Source: a virus. From it: a DNA stretch of 43,116 nt. Every line of letters begins with the position of its first letter. The stretch's first letter is position 1. Positions 26,873 through 36,116 of the stretch are shown piece after piece. The DNA lies in IMG/VR virus record IMGVR_UViG_3300010413_000124. One strand, 5' to 3'. Under the pieces are notes generated by a model, which saw only the letters and a program-made list of their open reading frames with translations, was not told the origin of the DNA and did no database searches. A program made the position numbers and the translations under genes.

Positions 26873-27463
26873 ATGAAGATGTTCTTGGAGCCGACGGACC
26901 ATTCACAATTTCTATTCGACTGTGTTGCCGACAAACCCGACGAAATTCTCATCTCGTCTTTCGGCATCTATGCCGGTATTACTTACAACGGCCAAGATAC
27001 GACTGAGTGGGGTGACAAATACCGATTAGCCACCCGCGATCTCCTCGAAACTATGCGGAAAATTCCGACAGTGCGAATGATGATAGGCGTGGCTAGTTAT
27101 CGCAGTTGTAAGGGCGAAGCATACTGCAAAGATTGTGAATTGCAATACGCAAAAGGGCTTATCAGACTTGCCTACCACGCCGAATTGTTTCCGCAATTTC
27201 AGTGGCGGGTTTCGACGGAGCTGCACTTGAAGTGTGCGATTTTCTATTACGAGGACGGCGTGAGGGGCGTGGCTGGTGGGAGGAATTTCACCGATTCTAG
27301 TTGGGCTGACGTCACGTTTGAATTAACCGGTAAACAAGCCCAAGAGTTAGCTAAACATACTATGGAGCTGTGGGATGCTTCACCAGAATTGAACGATGCT
27401 TCCATCGGGCGGATTCTGGAGAATCAACAGATTTCGCAGAAGACCATGGATTGTTTGTGCTAG
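26873..27463 (+). CDS. PLD/HKD-like domain protein (single HxK...D...GG.NFT motif)
   Basis: HLKCAIFYYEDGVRGVAGGRNFTDS compared with Nuc HAKVMIVDDRVAYVGSANFT. Confidence 0.4.
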   Translation: MKMFLEPTDHSQFLFDCVADKPDEILISSFGIYAGITYNGQDTTEWGDKYRLATRDLLETMRKIPTVRMMIGVASYRSCKGEAYCKDCELQYAKGLIRLAYHAELFPQFQWRVSTELHLKCAIFYYEDGVRGVAGGRNFTDSSWADVTFELTGKQAQELAKHTMELWDASPELNDASIGRILENQQISQKTMDCLC

Positions 27464-28260
27464 CTTTCATTCCGAATAGAACCTTGGCTGGTGTCATTCG
27501 CGGGCATCAAGTAGCTCAGCATCTTGGCCGAGAAGTCAATCCACCCACTGATATGGATTGTACGCGCATCTATATCAAACAATGGCCATCTCCCCAATGG
27601 CCAGAAGGAAGTTATCTAGACGTGATGGACGGGCTCAGTCTACGTGAGCCTATGATGGAATGCCCACATATTCGCATGATAGCTTTCACGGAATCAAGTA
27701 GAAATTATCTGGCAAAATTCTTTCGCCGTGAAGTAGCCTATATTCCGCAGCATCATTGCAATTTCGAGCGATGTCGGCGAGAGCCACGGGAAATAAGGGT
27801 AGTAGGGTTCATTGGCAGCGTCACGAGCTTAGCCTTCTACAGGAAATACAAACTCGACTACGATGTCTGGACGAAAGCGTTTGCAGATGCCGGTTTTGAA
27901 TTTCGTTACAAGTTGATAAACCTGAACACCAATCGGCAAACAGTAATAGATTTCTACAAGCAATTAGACATACAATTATATGCCCAGTATACTAGGTTCA
28001 CGTTCAATCGCTTCAAAGACCAACTAAAGATGATTAATGCTGGATCTTTCGGTATTCCGTCGGTTGCCAAACAAAATGCTGGGGACTGTACCGACTATCT
28101 CCACGCTGAATCGATGGAAGAAATGATTGCCCAGTGTGTCCGATTGCGTGATAATCCGAGCTTATATGAAGACCTATCCCAGAAATTGGTTGAAACAGCC
28201 GAGCCATACCATATAGACAATATCGCTCGCTATTATTTGGAACTAGAGCAGCGGAATTAG
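27457..28260 (+). CDS. hypothetical protein, possibly GT-B-like glycosyltransferase C-terminal domain; start uncertain
   Basis: ORF open from 27370. Candidate starts are TTG 27451, GTG 27457 and ATG 27553. Confidence 0.35.
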   Translation: MLAFIPNRTLAGVIRGHQVAQHLGREVNPPTDMDCTRIYIKQWPSPQWPEGSYLDVMDGLSLREPMMECPHIRMIAFTESSRNYLAKFFRREVAYIPQHHCNFERCRREPREIRVVGFIGSVTSLAFYRKYKLDYDVWTKAFADAGFEFRYKLINLNTNRQTVIDFYKQLDIQLYAQYTRFTFNRFKDQLKMINAGSFGIPSVAKQNAGDCTDYLHAESMEEMIAQCVRLRDNPSLYEDLSQKLVETAEPYHIDNIARYYLELEQRN

Positions 28261-28403
28261 CCGTCCTGGCCCTTCCTTTGGCTTCTCTCGCCTCTTCCTT
28301 TGCTCTGAATACCAAGAGAACCCGCCGCTGTAAGGCTCACGAGAAGGCCCAGGAAACAGTTGGACGGGGATTCCTTGAATGTATTTTTCTCGTGGAGGCT
28401 ATC

Positions 28404-28781
28404 ATGACTGGTCCAGATCTTCTTTGTCTGATGTGGGGAGCATTGGTATTGACCCTCGAGGGACACGGGGATTGGGAGATAGAGTTTTATCCTGGTGGGA
28501 GAGAAGGGATAGTCCTCCGAAGCAGTAAGACACTGGTTATTCATTGGCCGACCGGTGAGCCAGACGTAGCTCTCTTGTTGCACGAAATCTCGCACGTAGT
28601 TAGCGGCACCGGACATGACTCCTGGTTCGCTCACGTGAATATGCGACTGGTGAGAGAATATTACTACCAAATAATGAGCGAAGTAGCGGGGATGGTGAGC
28701 ACGGATGATGAGCACGCCAAAATTACAGGTCGCCAGAACTACTCCATTAGCGATCAAATTGCGGCCCAGCAAATTTGCTGA
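28404..28781 (+). CDS. small HExxH-motif protein (putative minimal metallopeptidase-like)
   Basis: GGAGG 7 nt upstream; HEISH motif; overlaps the rarA-like start by 77 nt. Confidence 0.4.
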   Translation: MTGPDLLCLMWGALVLTLEGHGDWEIEFYPGGREGIVLRSSKTLVIHWPTGEPDVALLLHEISHVVSGTGHDSWFAHVNMRLVREYYYQIMSEVAGMVSTDDEHAKITGRQNYSISDQIAAQQIC

Positions 28782-30126
28782 TATTGTCGGCCAAGATCAT
28801 CTAGTAGGACCTGGCGGCGTCTTCTACGAAATGGCCAATAAGCAGATATTGCAAAACGTTCTGCTTTGGGGGCCTCCCGGTAGTGGCAAAACCACCATCG
28901 CTTTCGCGCTCGCCAATGAAACTGACAGCCACTTCCGAAAACTAGACGCTACGGTTAATGGCATCAAAGAATTGCGGGCCATTATCAAATTCGCAGAAAG
29001 TCAAGACAAACGAGTTATCCTGGCTGTTGATGAGATCCACCGTTGGGCCAAGAACGTTCAAGATACTCTCCTGGCCGCCGTCGAGAACGGTACTATCATC
29101 CTGATTGGTCTCACCGTTGAAACGGCTCGCTTCGCTGTCATCAAAGCTCTCTTGTCCCGTTGTCTGATTTTGGAAACAAAGCCGCTCGACAATCCCGCTC
29201 TTGTCGCCCTGTACAAGCGCGTCAAAGACCATTACAAGACCGAAGGCCGTACGATTTCTATTGACAAAGAAACCGTGAAAAAGCTCATCGTTCGCTCTTC
29301 CGGCGATGCTCGCAAAGTCATCATGGTGCTCGAGACTCTTATCGAAATCATGAGCGATGATGGGGTCATTAAGGACAAAGATCTTGATTTGGTGATGCCG
29401 CACAAGCATCTCTTCTGCGATGCTCTTGGTTCTGAACATTACGATCTGGCCCATTGCTACCAAGAATCCATCCAAAATTCGGACGTGAACGCGGCTATTT
29501 ATTGGCTGGCCAAATGGATTGAATCGGGCGAAGATCCGGCTTATATCTGTCGTCGTATGCTCATCACTGCTTTTGAGGATTGTGCTGGCAATCCTTTTGC
29601 TGCGACGACAGCGATGGCCGCTTCTTATACGACGGAGCGAACCGGTCTACCAGAATGCATGATCCCTATGGCGTTGGCGACTTGTGAGATGGCGATGAGT
29701 AGGCGCAACAAATCAGCTTATCACGCCATCAGTTCTGCCGTGGCCGACGTGCGAGACAAAGCCACGGTACACGTACCCCATGGGTTGCGGGCCGGAACGA
29801 TGGGCTATGTTCGGGCCATCAAGCGTACTTATCTGAAAGGATGGTGCAAAGACTGGGACGTGCTACGGAATATGCCAATTGACCACAACAATGTGGTGCA
29901 GCAAAATGGCGGCATCATGTACGGATGTGGTGTTGAGCATGAGCCAGGTTCTTTTGGAATGTATGACGGACCTACCCCTGACTTATATGCTCTATTGATG
30001 ACTACCGGCCAAGAGAATGCAGTTATCATCCAATTCACTGGCGAGATGGATGAAGTTATCTATAGATGGGACGAAATCGACGAATGGGTCAAAGTGGAGG
30101 AAAGCGATGTTGGACAACCTAACTAG
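28705..30126 (+). CDS. rarA: RarA/MgsA-family AAA+ ATPase (replication-associated recombination protein A-like) with extra C-terminal extension
   Basis: VGQDHLVGPGG, Walker A GPPGSGKTT, Walker B ILAVDEIHRW, TIILIGLTVETARFAV, LLSRC, and MgsA C-terminal-like AIYWLAKWIESGEDPAYICRR. Confidence 0.7.
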   Translation: MMSTPKLQVARTTPLAIKLRPSKFADIVGQDHLVGPGGVFYEMANKQILQNVLLWGPPGSGKTTIAFALANETDSHFRKLDATVNGIKELRAIIKFAESQDKRVILAVDEIHRWAKNVQDTLLAAVENGTIILIGLTVETARFAVIKALLSRCLILETKPLDNPALVALYKRVKDHYKTEGRTISIDKETVKKLIVRSSGDARKVIMVLETLIEIMSDDGVIKDKDLDLVMPHKHLFCDALGSEHYDLAHCYQESIQNSDVNAAIYWLAKWIESGEDPAYICRRMLITAFEDCAGNPFAATTAMAASYTTERTGLPECMIPMALATCEMAMSRRNKSAYHAISSAVADVRDKATVHVPHGLRAGTMGYVRAIKRTYLKGWCKDWDVLRNMPIDHNNVVQQNGGIMYGCGVEHEPGSFGMYDGPTPDLYALLMTTGQENAVIIQFTGEMDEVIYRWDEIDEWVKVEESDVGQPN

Positions 30127-30460
30127 TGTTGCAGATGCTAATGACGTCCTTATCGAGGAAGGTGCACTGTGTATTCTAAACATTACTCAGGGAGACATGA
30201 AAATCTCCTTCGATAAAGACAAACCGGAAGAAGTAGAACACGCTCGCAAGGTCATTGATGACATGCTCAAACGCGGTTATACGATTCTGGTACAATGGGG
30301 TAGCGGGTGGCGGCGAGCCAAGACCTTTATTCCCAGTAGGGACACTTACGTCATCGAAACTAGTGAAAAGAAGGAAGACGGCACCACGGAGGTGAAGAAA
30401 GAAGAAGTACCGGCCAGGAAGGCTCGAGCTATGGCTGTTGCTCCGACGGCGGGAGGTTGA
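30107..30460 (+). CDS. hypothetical protein
   Basis: GGAGG 7 nt upstream of ATG 30107. Confidence 0.45.
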   Translation: MLDNLTSVADANDVLIEEGALCILNITQGDMKISFDKDKPEEVEHARKVIDDMLKRGYTILVQWGSGWRRAKTFIPSRDTYVIETSEKKEDGTTEVKKEEVPARKARAMAVAPTAGG

Positions 30461-30461
30461 T

Positions 30462-30689
30462 ATGAACACTCCCGAACAAGCGGTTGGCGATTTGGCAATT
30501 GGTTTGGGTCAATTGATAGCGGCAGAACATGCACCACCAGAGAGAGATCCGGCCTACAAATGTTTTGTCGAATCTGTATTAGTTCTGGCTTTTCATGCTG
30601 GTGTGTCGAAAGAAAAAGCTATCCAACCTTTTGATGTCTTCACACACCACGCTACCACAATTTGGGACACACTCGAGAAAAACAAATGA
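30462..30689 (+). CDS. hypothetical protein
   Basis: GGGAGG upstream. Confidence 0.45.
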   Translation: MNTPEQAVGDLAIGLGQLIAAEHAPPERDPAYKCFVESVLVLAFHAGVSKEKAIQPFDVFTHHATTIWDTLEKNK

Positions 30690-31555
30690 AAATGCTGCTA
30701 GGATGCACCGGACGAGGCGGGGAGCAATGCATATTCTCAGCTATTGTGGCGGCTTATAAAAAAGGCCATCCGGACTACCACACCTATATTGCTGTACCCC
30801 CTGAGTTTGCCCAGTACTGGCATCATGACAAGAGAGTGACTCTGGTGTTGTTGGAGCATGAAGACCCGAACGCGCCCTATTTCAAAGATCCGATCGGTAA
30901 ATGGCACAGAATTGCTTCCGGCTTTGAATACTCTTTCTCTGAGTTTATTGCTGAGTATGGCAATTGGAAGCCGGAGAACCCCGCAATTGAGAATATCTGG
31001 GAGAAACTCAGGCATCGACCATGTACTCTCGAACAACTGGAGAGAAAAGTCTGTCTGACCCCCGGCGAAGATGACCTCAAGGTAGCAGAAGAAATCAGGA
31101 TGAAATACGGTGAGGATTTGGTGGTGATCTCGCCCAAATCTAACAGTGCTTGCGAAGTTATACCGCCAGCCTGGTACAAGGAATTGGCACATCAAATAGG
31201 CAAGCATTATCCTGTTGCTACTACCGGTCGCGGGCCTGGGTCATATTGTGGACAACCCACTCTGGCTGACGAGGCAATACCAGGCACGATCGATCTTGTT
31301 GGTAGATCAATTCTTTCTTTGTATGCTATGTCTAGTTGGCTTAAGCGGTTTGTTGGGCCGGATACGGCTACTCCGTGGGTAGTAGCGAATATGCCTGGTA
31401 AGCTGTTGGTGATACGTGGGGACGACACGTTCCCTATTTCTAATACCGGATTGGTTGTGAACGGTTTTCGCAGTCCGACTAATACCATGGAATATCATGC
31501 GGTCGGCAAGACGCTTACCGAAGTCATCGATACTTGTCTAGCGTGGATACTATAA
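30686..31555 (+). CDS. hypothetical protein, possible GT9 (heptosyltransferase-like) glycosyltransferase
   Basis: C-terminal GRSILSLYAMSSWLKRFVGPDTATPWVVANMPGKLLVIRG resembles the GT9 donor-binding region; weak. Confidence 0.35.
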   Translation: MKMLLGCTGRGGEQCIFSAIVAAYKKGHPDYHTYIAVPPEFAQYWHHDKRVTLVLLEHEDPNAPYFKDPIGKWHRIASGFEYSFSEFIAEYGNWKPENPAIENIWEKLRHRPCTLEQLERKVCLTPGEDDLKVAEEIRMKYGEDLVVISPKSNSACEVIPPAWYKELAHQIGKHYPVATTGRGPGSYCGQPTLADEAIPGTIDLVGRSILSLYAMSSWLKRFVGPDTATPWVVANMPGKLLVIRGDDTFPISNTGLVVNGFRSPTNTMEYHAVGKTLTEVIDTCLAWIL

Positions 31556-32322
31556 TGGATGAAGAAATAACCGATGAATTCAAAGCAGAACTCAAAGAGA
31601 AAGGGTACGACGAAGAACTTTCGTTTGACCAGGTCAAAAAGCTTCTAGCAACTGCTGCGGAGATGAAGGGGGAGTGGGCTGGCATCCCTTGTGCTTTAGA
31701 AGACATGCGATTGATTATGGAGCCACGATATCCCTACCCAGAAATAGCTAAGACAAAAGCTTCTGAGGAAGAAGACAAAATACTTGCTTTGTTCGACATC
31801 ATCGAAAAGAAGCGCGGCACCAAGGTAGTAAATCAGTGGTATGATGGTAGGCGGGTCATATCTGTCGTTCAGGACAAAAATGGTCGGGCTCACCATCTCA
31901 AATCACCAACCTACGGTGGGCGATCGGTAGACCTCCAAATTAATACTATTGGAGCTGCACGTGCTTGGGATGTGGACGCTGAATTTATTGCTATGATCCG
32001 ATTACGGCAATTGTTGAAGAATTGGCCGTGGTCTAGCTATGTGATGACTGGCTCATTTTTGGAGACTAGTCCTCGCAGCAAGATCATGTACATGTTTCGG
32101 CGTTGTCGGCCTACGCTGGCTTTTGCCAACGATGGTGAAAAAGTGAGGATTTTGGCGGCGCTGTGTTTGCATCCGATAGGGTATTATCAGGACAGCTTTG
32201 CTGGTGTGTTAGTCCCGACAGACGATGTTATCGCCCACTTGTTGCTGATGAGAGCTGATGAGAAGAAATTCTGGTCGAAGGCTAATCAGCATCATCTATG
32301 GGAACCTGAGGCGGGTTGTTAG
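31555..32322 (+). CDS. hypothetical protein
   Basis: TAATG overlap with the upstream gene. Confidence 0.45.
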   Translation: MDEEITDEFKAELKEKGYDEELSFDQVKKLLATAAEMKGEWAGIPCALEDMRLIMEPRYPYPEIAKTKASEEEDKILALFDIIEKKRGTKVVNQWYDGRRVISVVQDKNGRAHHLKSPTYGGRSVDLQINTIGAARAWDVDAEFIAMIRLRQLLKNWPWSSYVMTGSFLETSPRSKIMYMFRRCRPTLAFANDGEKVRILAALCLHPIGYYQDSFAGVLVPTDDVIAHLLLMRADEKKFWSKANQHHLWEPEAGC

Positions 32323-32330
32323 GGGATCAA

Positions 32331-32681
32331 ATGAAAGCTGATACCAAGTCGCGATGGTTAGCTATGTCGCAAGCTGTGGCTGATGGTGAATCGCTTGATA
32401 GCGTAGCAATTCGATTTGAGGTGTCGCTCGGGACGGTGAAAAGGGGCTGCGATGAAAACGGTATCGAATATGAAAGATGCGGCAACAAATGGGTCGTGTG
32501 CCGATCATCTGCTCAGTATACTGGTTTCTGTGCTGCGTGCGGTGAACGTTTTGGTATGAGGAAACGAGCGGAATTGGTCGATATATATGCTGTACCACCC
32601 GTACATAGCGAGTTTGCGTATTGTTGGGAATGTGCTGAGGAAAAATTGCGTGGAATTGTTCCTGCTAGGCAGATTATTTAA
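32331..32681 (+). CDS. HTH (sigma-70 region-4-like) plus zinc-ribbon DNA-binding protein
   Basis: GESLDSVAIRFEVSLGTVKR; CAACGER...CWEC. Confidence 0.4.
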   Translation: MKADTKSRWLAMSQAVADGESLDSVAIRFEVSLGTVKRGCDENGIEYERCGNKWVVCRSSAQYTGFCAACGERFGMRKRAELVDIYAVPPVHSEFAYCWECAEEKLRGIVPARQII

Positions 32682-33176
32682 ATGGCTGAATTTGGCCAAC
32701 CTGTTTTCTATCGATATTTTGAGCACCAGGTCTTGAAAGCAGACACTTTTGGTTTCCGCGATACTATTAATCAAGATGTCTACTTGGTCGTATTCGGTCC
32801 CGACCTAGATAGTATCGCTAATCCAAATGTCGAGCCCATAGGTGTTTACCACTATGCCGGGATACGCCGCTATTTGTGGAGGGACACTTTTTGGACGGAG
32901 TTAGATTGGGATAGACGTGCCATTTCCGAGCGAGTCTCGGAATTATTGTGCAGCAGGTGTAGTAAGGAAGATGGCCTTGCTTACCGTCGGATTCTTGATC
33001 TAATTCATTTGGCGTCCAGATGCGGGGCTCCTAGTCCTACAGATACCCACCCGCCGCTGAATGATGCGTTTTCGCAGGCGGTGCAGGCGGCGTTCAAGTT
33101 CAATATTTGTGATTTTGTGGTGGAGGCTAAGAAGCGGAAGAAATATTGTCGGGCTATGCATAAAATTAATGCCTAA
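32682..33176 (+). CDS. hypothetical protein
   Basis: ORF track. Confidence 0.45.
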   Translation: MAEFGQPVFYRYFEHQVLKADTFGFRDTINQDVYLVVFGPDLDSIANPNVEPIGVYHYAGIRRYLWRDTFWTELDWDRRAISERVSELLCSRCSKEDGLAYRRILDLIHLASRCGAPSPTDTHPPLNDAFSQAVQAAFKFNICDFVVEAKKRKKYCRAMHKINA

Positions 33177-33210
33177 TATTCTGTTTGCAACAGTCCCCCA
33201 GAGGTGAGTC

Positions 33211-33618
33211 ATGCGAAAGGCAAAAGCTTATAAGTCTCTGGAGTTGGGCGGCTATCATGGCCCGATTGACTGGCACTGCCACGACAAAACCAAAATCGTA
33301 TTTCACGAGATCGAGTTTATCGAACCCGTGATGACCGACGAAGGGGAGATGCGATGCGTTCGGATTACTAGTGTGACTGATCTGAATAATCCCAATATCG
33401 ACGTGGCGGTGCTTATACCTGGTTTGCCAACCAATGAGAAAGTGACGGGGAAACTACCCACAATCACCAATAAGCCCGCCGAGCTTTGGTATTGGGAAGA
33501 CAAGTTTTGGCTCAAGGCGGTAGACGGGCTTGGTGTGGATTACTACCAGAAGAAACGATATTTGTTATATGAGGTCGGGATAGGTAACCGAGACGATTTA
33601 TTGGCGTCGTTGGCATGA
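33211..33618 (+). CDS. hypothetical protein
   Basis: GAGGTGAG upstream. Confidence 0.45.
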   Translation: MRKAKAYKSLELGGYHGPIDWHCHDKTKIVFHEIEFIEPVMTDEGEMRCVRITSVTDLNNPNIDVAVLIPGLPTNEKVTGKLPTITNKPAELWYWEDKFWLKAVDGLGVDYYQKKRYLLYEVGIGNRDDLLASLA

Positions 33619-33732
33619 AAACCGCATGCGAAATTCAGGATGAACAATTCTACCTCTTCCGGAAGTATATCCGGATACTTGCTGTAGAGCGAAATGCACC
33701 CCTTCTTTGGGGCGTATGGGAACTGATAAAAT

Positions 33733-34224
33733 ATGCCACAAAACCGGACAGCAATCACCTCAGAAACCCTAAAGATTGAAGCGGCGTGTCATTCTCGTCC
33801 TATTGATTTACGGTTGAGAAGTCAAGGCTGCTATATTGTCATCGATTCTTGCGAGGTATTAGTCCATACCGACGGTGGAACGAAGTCAGCGGTGATAATG
33901 TCGCTGGATACAAATCCCAGGAGGGTTGGTGTACCTGATTCTGATGTGTTATTTTATTTTGCACCGGTACTCGGAGCGCATAGTTTTCATGCTATCCACC
34001 CTACAGTGGTATTTTGGCTCGGGAAATTTTGGACTACGTTCGCGAGTGTTGAGCCATCCTTGCGCGAGATTGCGGAAGCCGTCCAATTGAAGGAAGCGAA
34101 ATTCGGGGTCAATGAATCTCCGTTGCCTTCTCTCCCTGACGAGTATATTACTAATGTCGATCTTGTCTATCCGGTGCAAGTGACAGAAATCCCGGAACTA
34201 GATTGGGAGCCATTCAATGGCTAA
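33733..34224 (+). CDS. hypothetical protein
   Basis: ORF track. Confidence 0.45.
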   Translation: MPQNRTAITSETLKIEAACHSRPIDLRLRSQGCYIVIDSCEVLVHTDGGTKSAVIMSLDTNPRRVGVPDSDVLFYFAPVLGAHSFHAIHPTVVFWLGKFWTTFASVEPSLREIAEAVQLKEAKFGVNESPLPSLPDEYITNVDLVYPVQVTEIPELDWEPFNG

Positions 34225-34423
34225 GCATGAAGATTTCGTTCTGACGCCGCTTGGTGCCGCGATAGTCGAGGCTCTCCCCGATCGGAAACTGGTGAGCAAG
34301 ATCAAAGCGGATTTTCGCCGCCGTTCGGTGTGTCCTGTCTCTGCCATATTCGGTCAAGTTGACGTCGAAGAATTTTATCGGGAACGTGGTCAACAGGTCA
34401 AGGCGACTACTATTAACGACTAA
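34217..34423 (+). CDS. small hypothetical protein
   Basis: ORF track. Confidence 0.35.
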   Translation: MAKHEDFVLTPLGAAIVEALPDRKLVSKIKADFRRRSVCPVSAIFGQVDVEEFYRERGQQVKATTIND

Positions 34424-34482
34424 ATAGTTATGTGCAACAGTCCGGTGCAATTCGGACCGTTTCACTCACGAAGGAGCATAAA

Positions 34483-35814
34483 ATGGCCACAATCAGTACC
34501 ATCAAAGAAGTCATCAACATTTGCCGCGAAGCAAAGGTGACGCCCTTTATCTGGGGCCACCGAGGATTGGGTAAATCCAGCCTCGTCAACCAGGATGCCG
34601 TAGAACACGGCATGGGCTTCATCGATCTGCGTTGTTCGCAGTTGGAAGCCTCCGATATTCGTGGTCTTCCGGATCGTGGCACCGACGGGCGCACCCATTA
34701 CCTGCCGCCAGCTGACATGCCTATCGGCGATATGTCCATCGAACAAATCGAGGAAGACCTGGCGAGCGTCCTGGGGCTTTCCCGAGACAAGGGCGGAAAC
34801 CTGTCCGAGCAGATCGCCAAAACGCTCGCCAAGGCCGATCTGGAGACGGAGCGCAAGTATTACCTGCGGCTCCAGGAACTTCAACCGCATTTCCAGTATG
34901 GCATTCTCTTCATCGACGAAGTCAACCGAGCCCAGGACGACGTTCTGCAAGCCGTTTTCCAATTGGTCTTGGACAACAAGGTCGGCCAGTACGTACTGCC
35001 GCCCGGCTGGCGAATTGTGGCCGCTGGTAACTTCCAGGAAGGATACATGGTTTCTGGCTTCAACGATCCGGCTTTCTTGGATCGATTCTGCCATGTGACT
35101 TTGTCTGCCGGTGAGACGACCCTGGAAGAGTGGGTCAACTACATGAGCGACGTTCATGGCGGAAATGCGGCGGACGTCATCGAATTCGCTTCTCAGAACA
35201 CGAAGCATCTGGATGGCGATATTGCCGGTGAACTCGGCTTTTCGGTCCAGCCTTCACGACGGTCCTGGGAATTGGTGGCGAAAGTGCAAACGGCTTGCCG
35301 CGACAGCAGTTTCTCGCAGACCGCCATCTTCGAGACTTACGCGGGTCTGGTGGGCCGTGAGTTGGCCCAGGCATTCTCGCGCTACAGTTGCCCGGTGAAG
35401 CCTCGCGAATTGATGAAGGACGGCGTGAAGAAGTACGAGGGCAAACTGAAAACGTTGAATCGCAACCAATTGACCGGCCTCATGTGGGGATTGGTCAGCT
35501 TTGCCAAGGCGAAAATCGACGAGGACGATGTTGCTCAGGTCTGCTTGGATTTCGCGAGCTTTATGGTGCATCACGCTCACGACAAAGACGTCGTGGTGGC
35601 TTTTTGCCGAGCCCTGGTGAGCAGCGGAAACCCGAAGGACAACCAGGAAAAGGCTCGGGCAGCGGTGATTGCGAATCCTCGCTTGGCGAACATGATCGCT
35701 CAGTTCAACAAGCAAGTGAAGAACAAGAAAAAGACGTTTGTGGACCGCTTGGTTGAGCGGCCCGAATTGCAGTCGGCTTTGTCGAAGGTGTCTTGGGGTA
35801 CTTTCGGGGACTAG
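34483..35814 (+). CDS. MoxR-like AAA+ ATPase with long C-terminal extension
   Basis: AAGGAG 7 nt upstream of ATG 34483; Walker A GHRGLGKSS; Walker B ILFIDEVNRAQDDVLQAVFQLV; ...RIVAAGNFQEG. Confidence 0.65.
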   Translation: MATISTIKEVINICREAKVTPFIWGHRGLGKSSLVNQDAVEHGMGFIDLRCSQLEASDIRGLPDRGTDGRTHYLPPADMPIGDMSIEQIEEDLASVLGLSRDKGGNLSEQIAKTLAKADLETERKYYLRLQELQPHFQYGILFIDEVNRAQDDVLQAVFQLVLDNKVGQYVLPPGWRIVAAGNFQEGYMVSGFNDPAFLDRFCHVTLSAGETTLEEWVNYMSDVHGGNAADVIEFASQNTKHLDGDIAGELGFSVQPSRRSWELVAKVQTACRDSSFSQTAIFETYAGLVGRELAQAFSRYSCPVKPRELMKDGVKKYEGKLKTLNRNQLTGLMWGLVSFAKAKIDEDDVAQVCLDFASFMVHHAHDKDVVVAFCRALVSSGNPKDNQEKARAAVIANPRLANMIAQFNKQVKNKKKTFVDRLVERPELQSALSKVSWGTFGD

Positions 35815-35822
35815 TCGGCGGT

Positions 35823-35896
35823 GGGCCGGTAGCTCAGTTGGTCAGAGCAGGGGACTCATAATCCCTTTGTCGCGGGTTCAAATCCTGCCCGGCCTA
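35823..35896 (+). tRNA. tRNA-Met (anticodon CAU; elongator-type, or Ile2 if lysidine-modified)
   Basis: GGGCCGG acceptor, D arm GCTCAGTTGGTCAGAGC, anticodon loop CTCATAA, T arm GCGGG-TTCAAAT-CCTGC. Lacks the three G:C pairs of an initiator anticodon stem. Confidence 0.75.
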
Positions 35897-35909
35897 TTTG
35901 GAGGTTAGA

Positions 35910-36116
35910 ATGACGAAAAAACGAAAATCGCATGCACAGAAGAGAGCCGAAGCAAGGAACCGGTACGTCGATAGGAAAATGCAACAGTTGTCGGCACTTA
36001 GCAGCAAGCCAGCGGGGCTGCAGGCCGCTATGGAGTGGCAAATAAACAAATCGTTGGCGGAAGTGCAGGCAGCCAAAACCGAACAAACGGATAAGACCGA
36101 ACAAACGGATGTTTGA
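35910..36116 (+). CDS. small basic protein with tandem TEQTDK repeat
   Basis: GGAGG 7 nt upstream; C-terminal motif EWQINKSLAEVQAAK is shared with the next gene. Confidence 0.45.
   Translation: MTKKRKSHAQKRAEARNRYVDRKMQQLSALSSKPAGLQAAMEWQINKSLAEVQAAKTEQTDKTEQTDV

Noticed and set aside
28257-28772. 171-aa minus-strand ORF opposite the HExxH mini-ORF
   Set aside because: The + strand ORF has a GGAGG ribosome-binding site and fits the strand bias of the region; this stays low confidence either way.
34462-35208. 248-aa antisense ORF inside the MoxR gene, and 41604-42182 inside the vWA gene
   Set aside because: The sense strands carry complete, motif-bearing proteins.
35823-35896. Initiator tRNA-fMet assignment
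   Set aside because: The anticodon stem lacks the three consecutive G:C pairs typical of initiators, and the acceptor end has a G1:U72 wobble, not the initiator C1xA72 mismatch.
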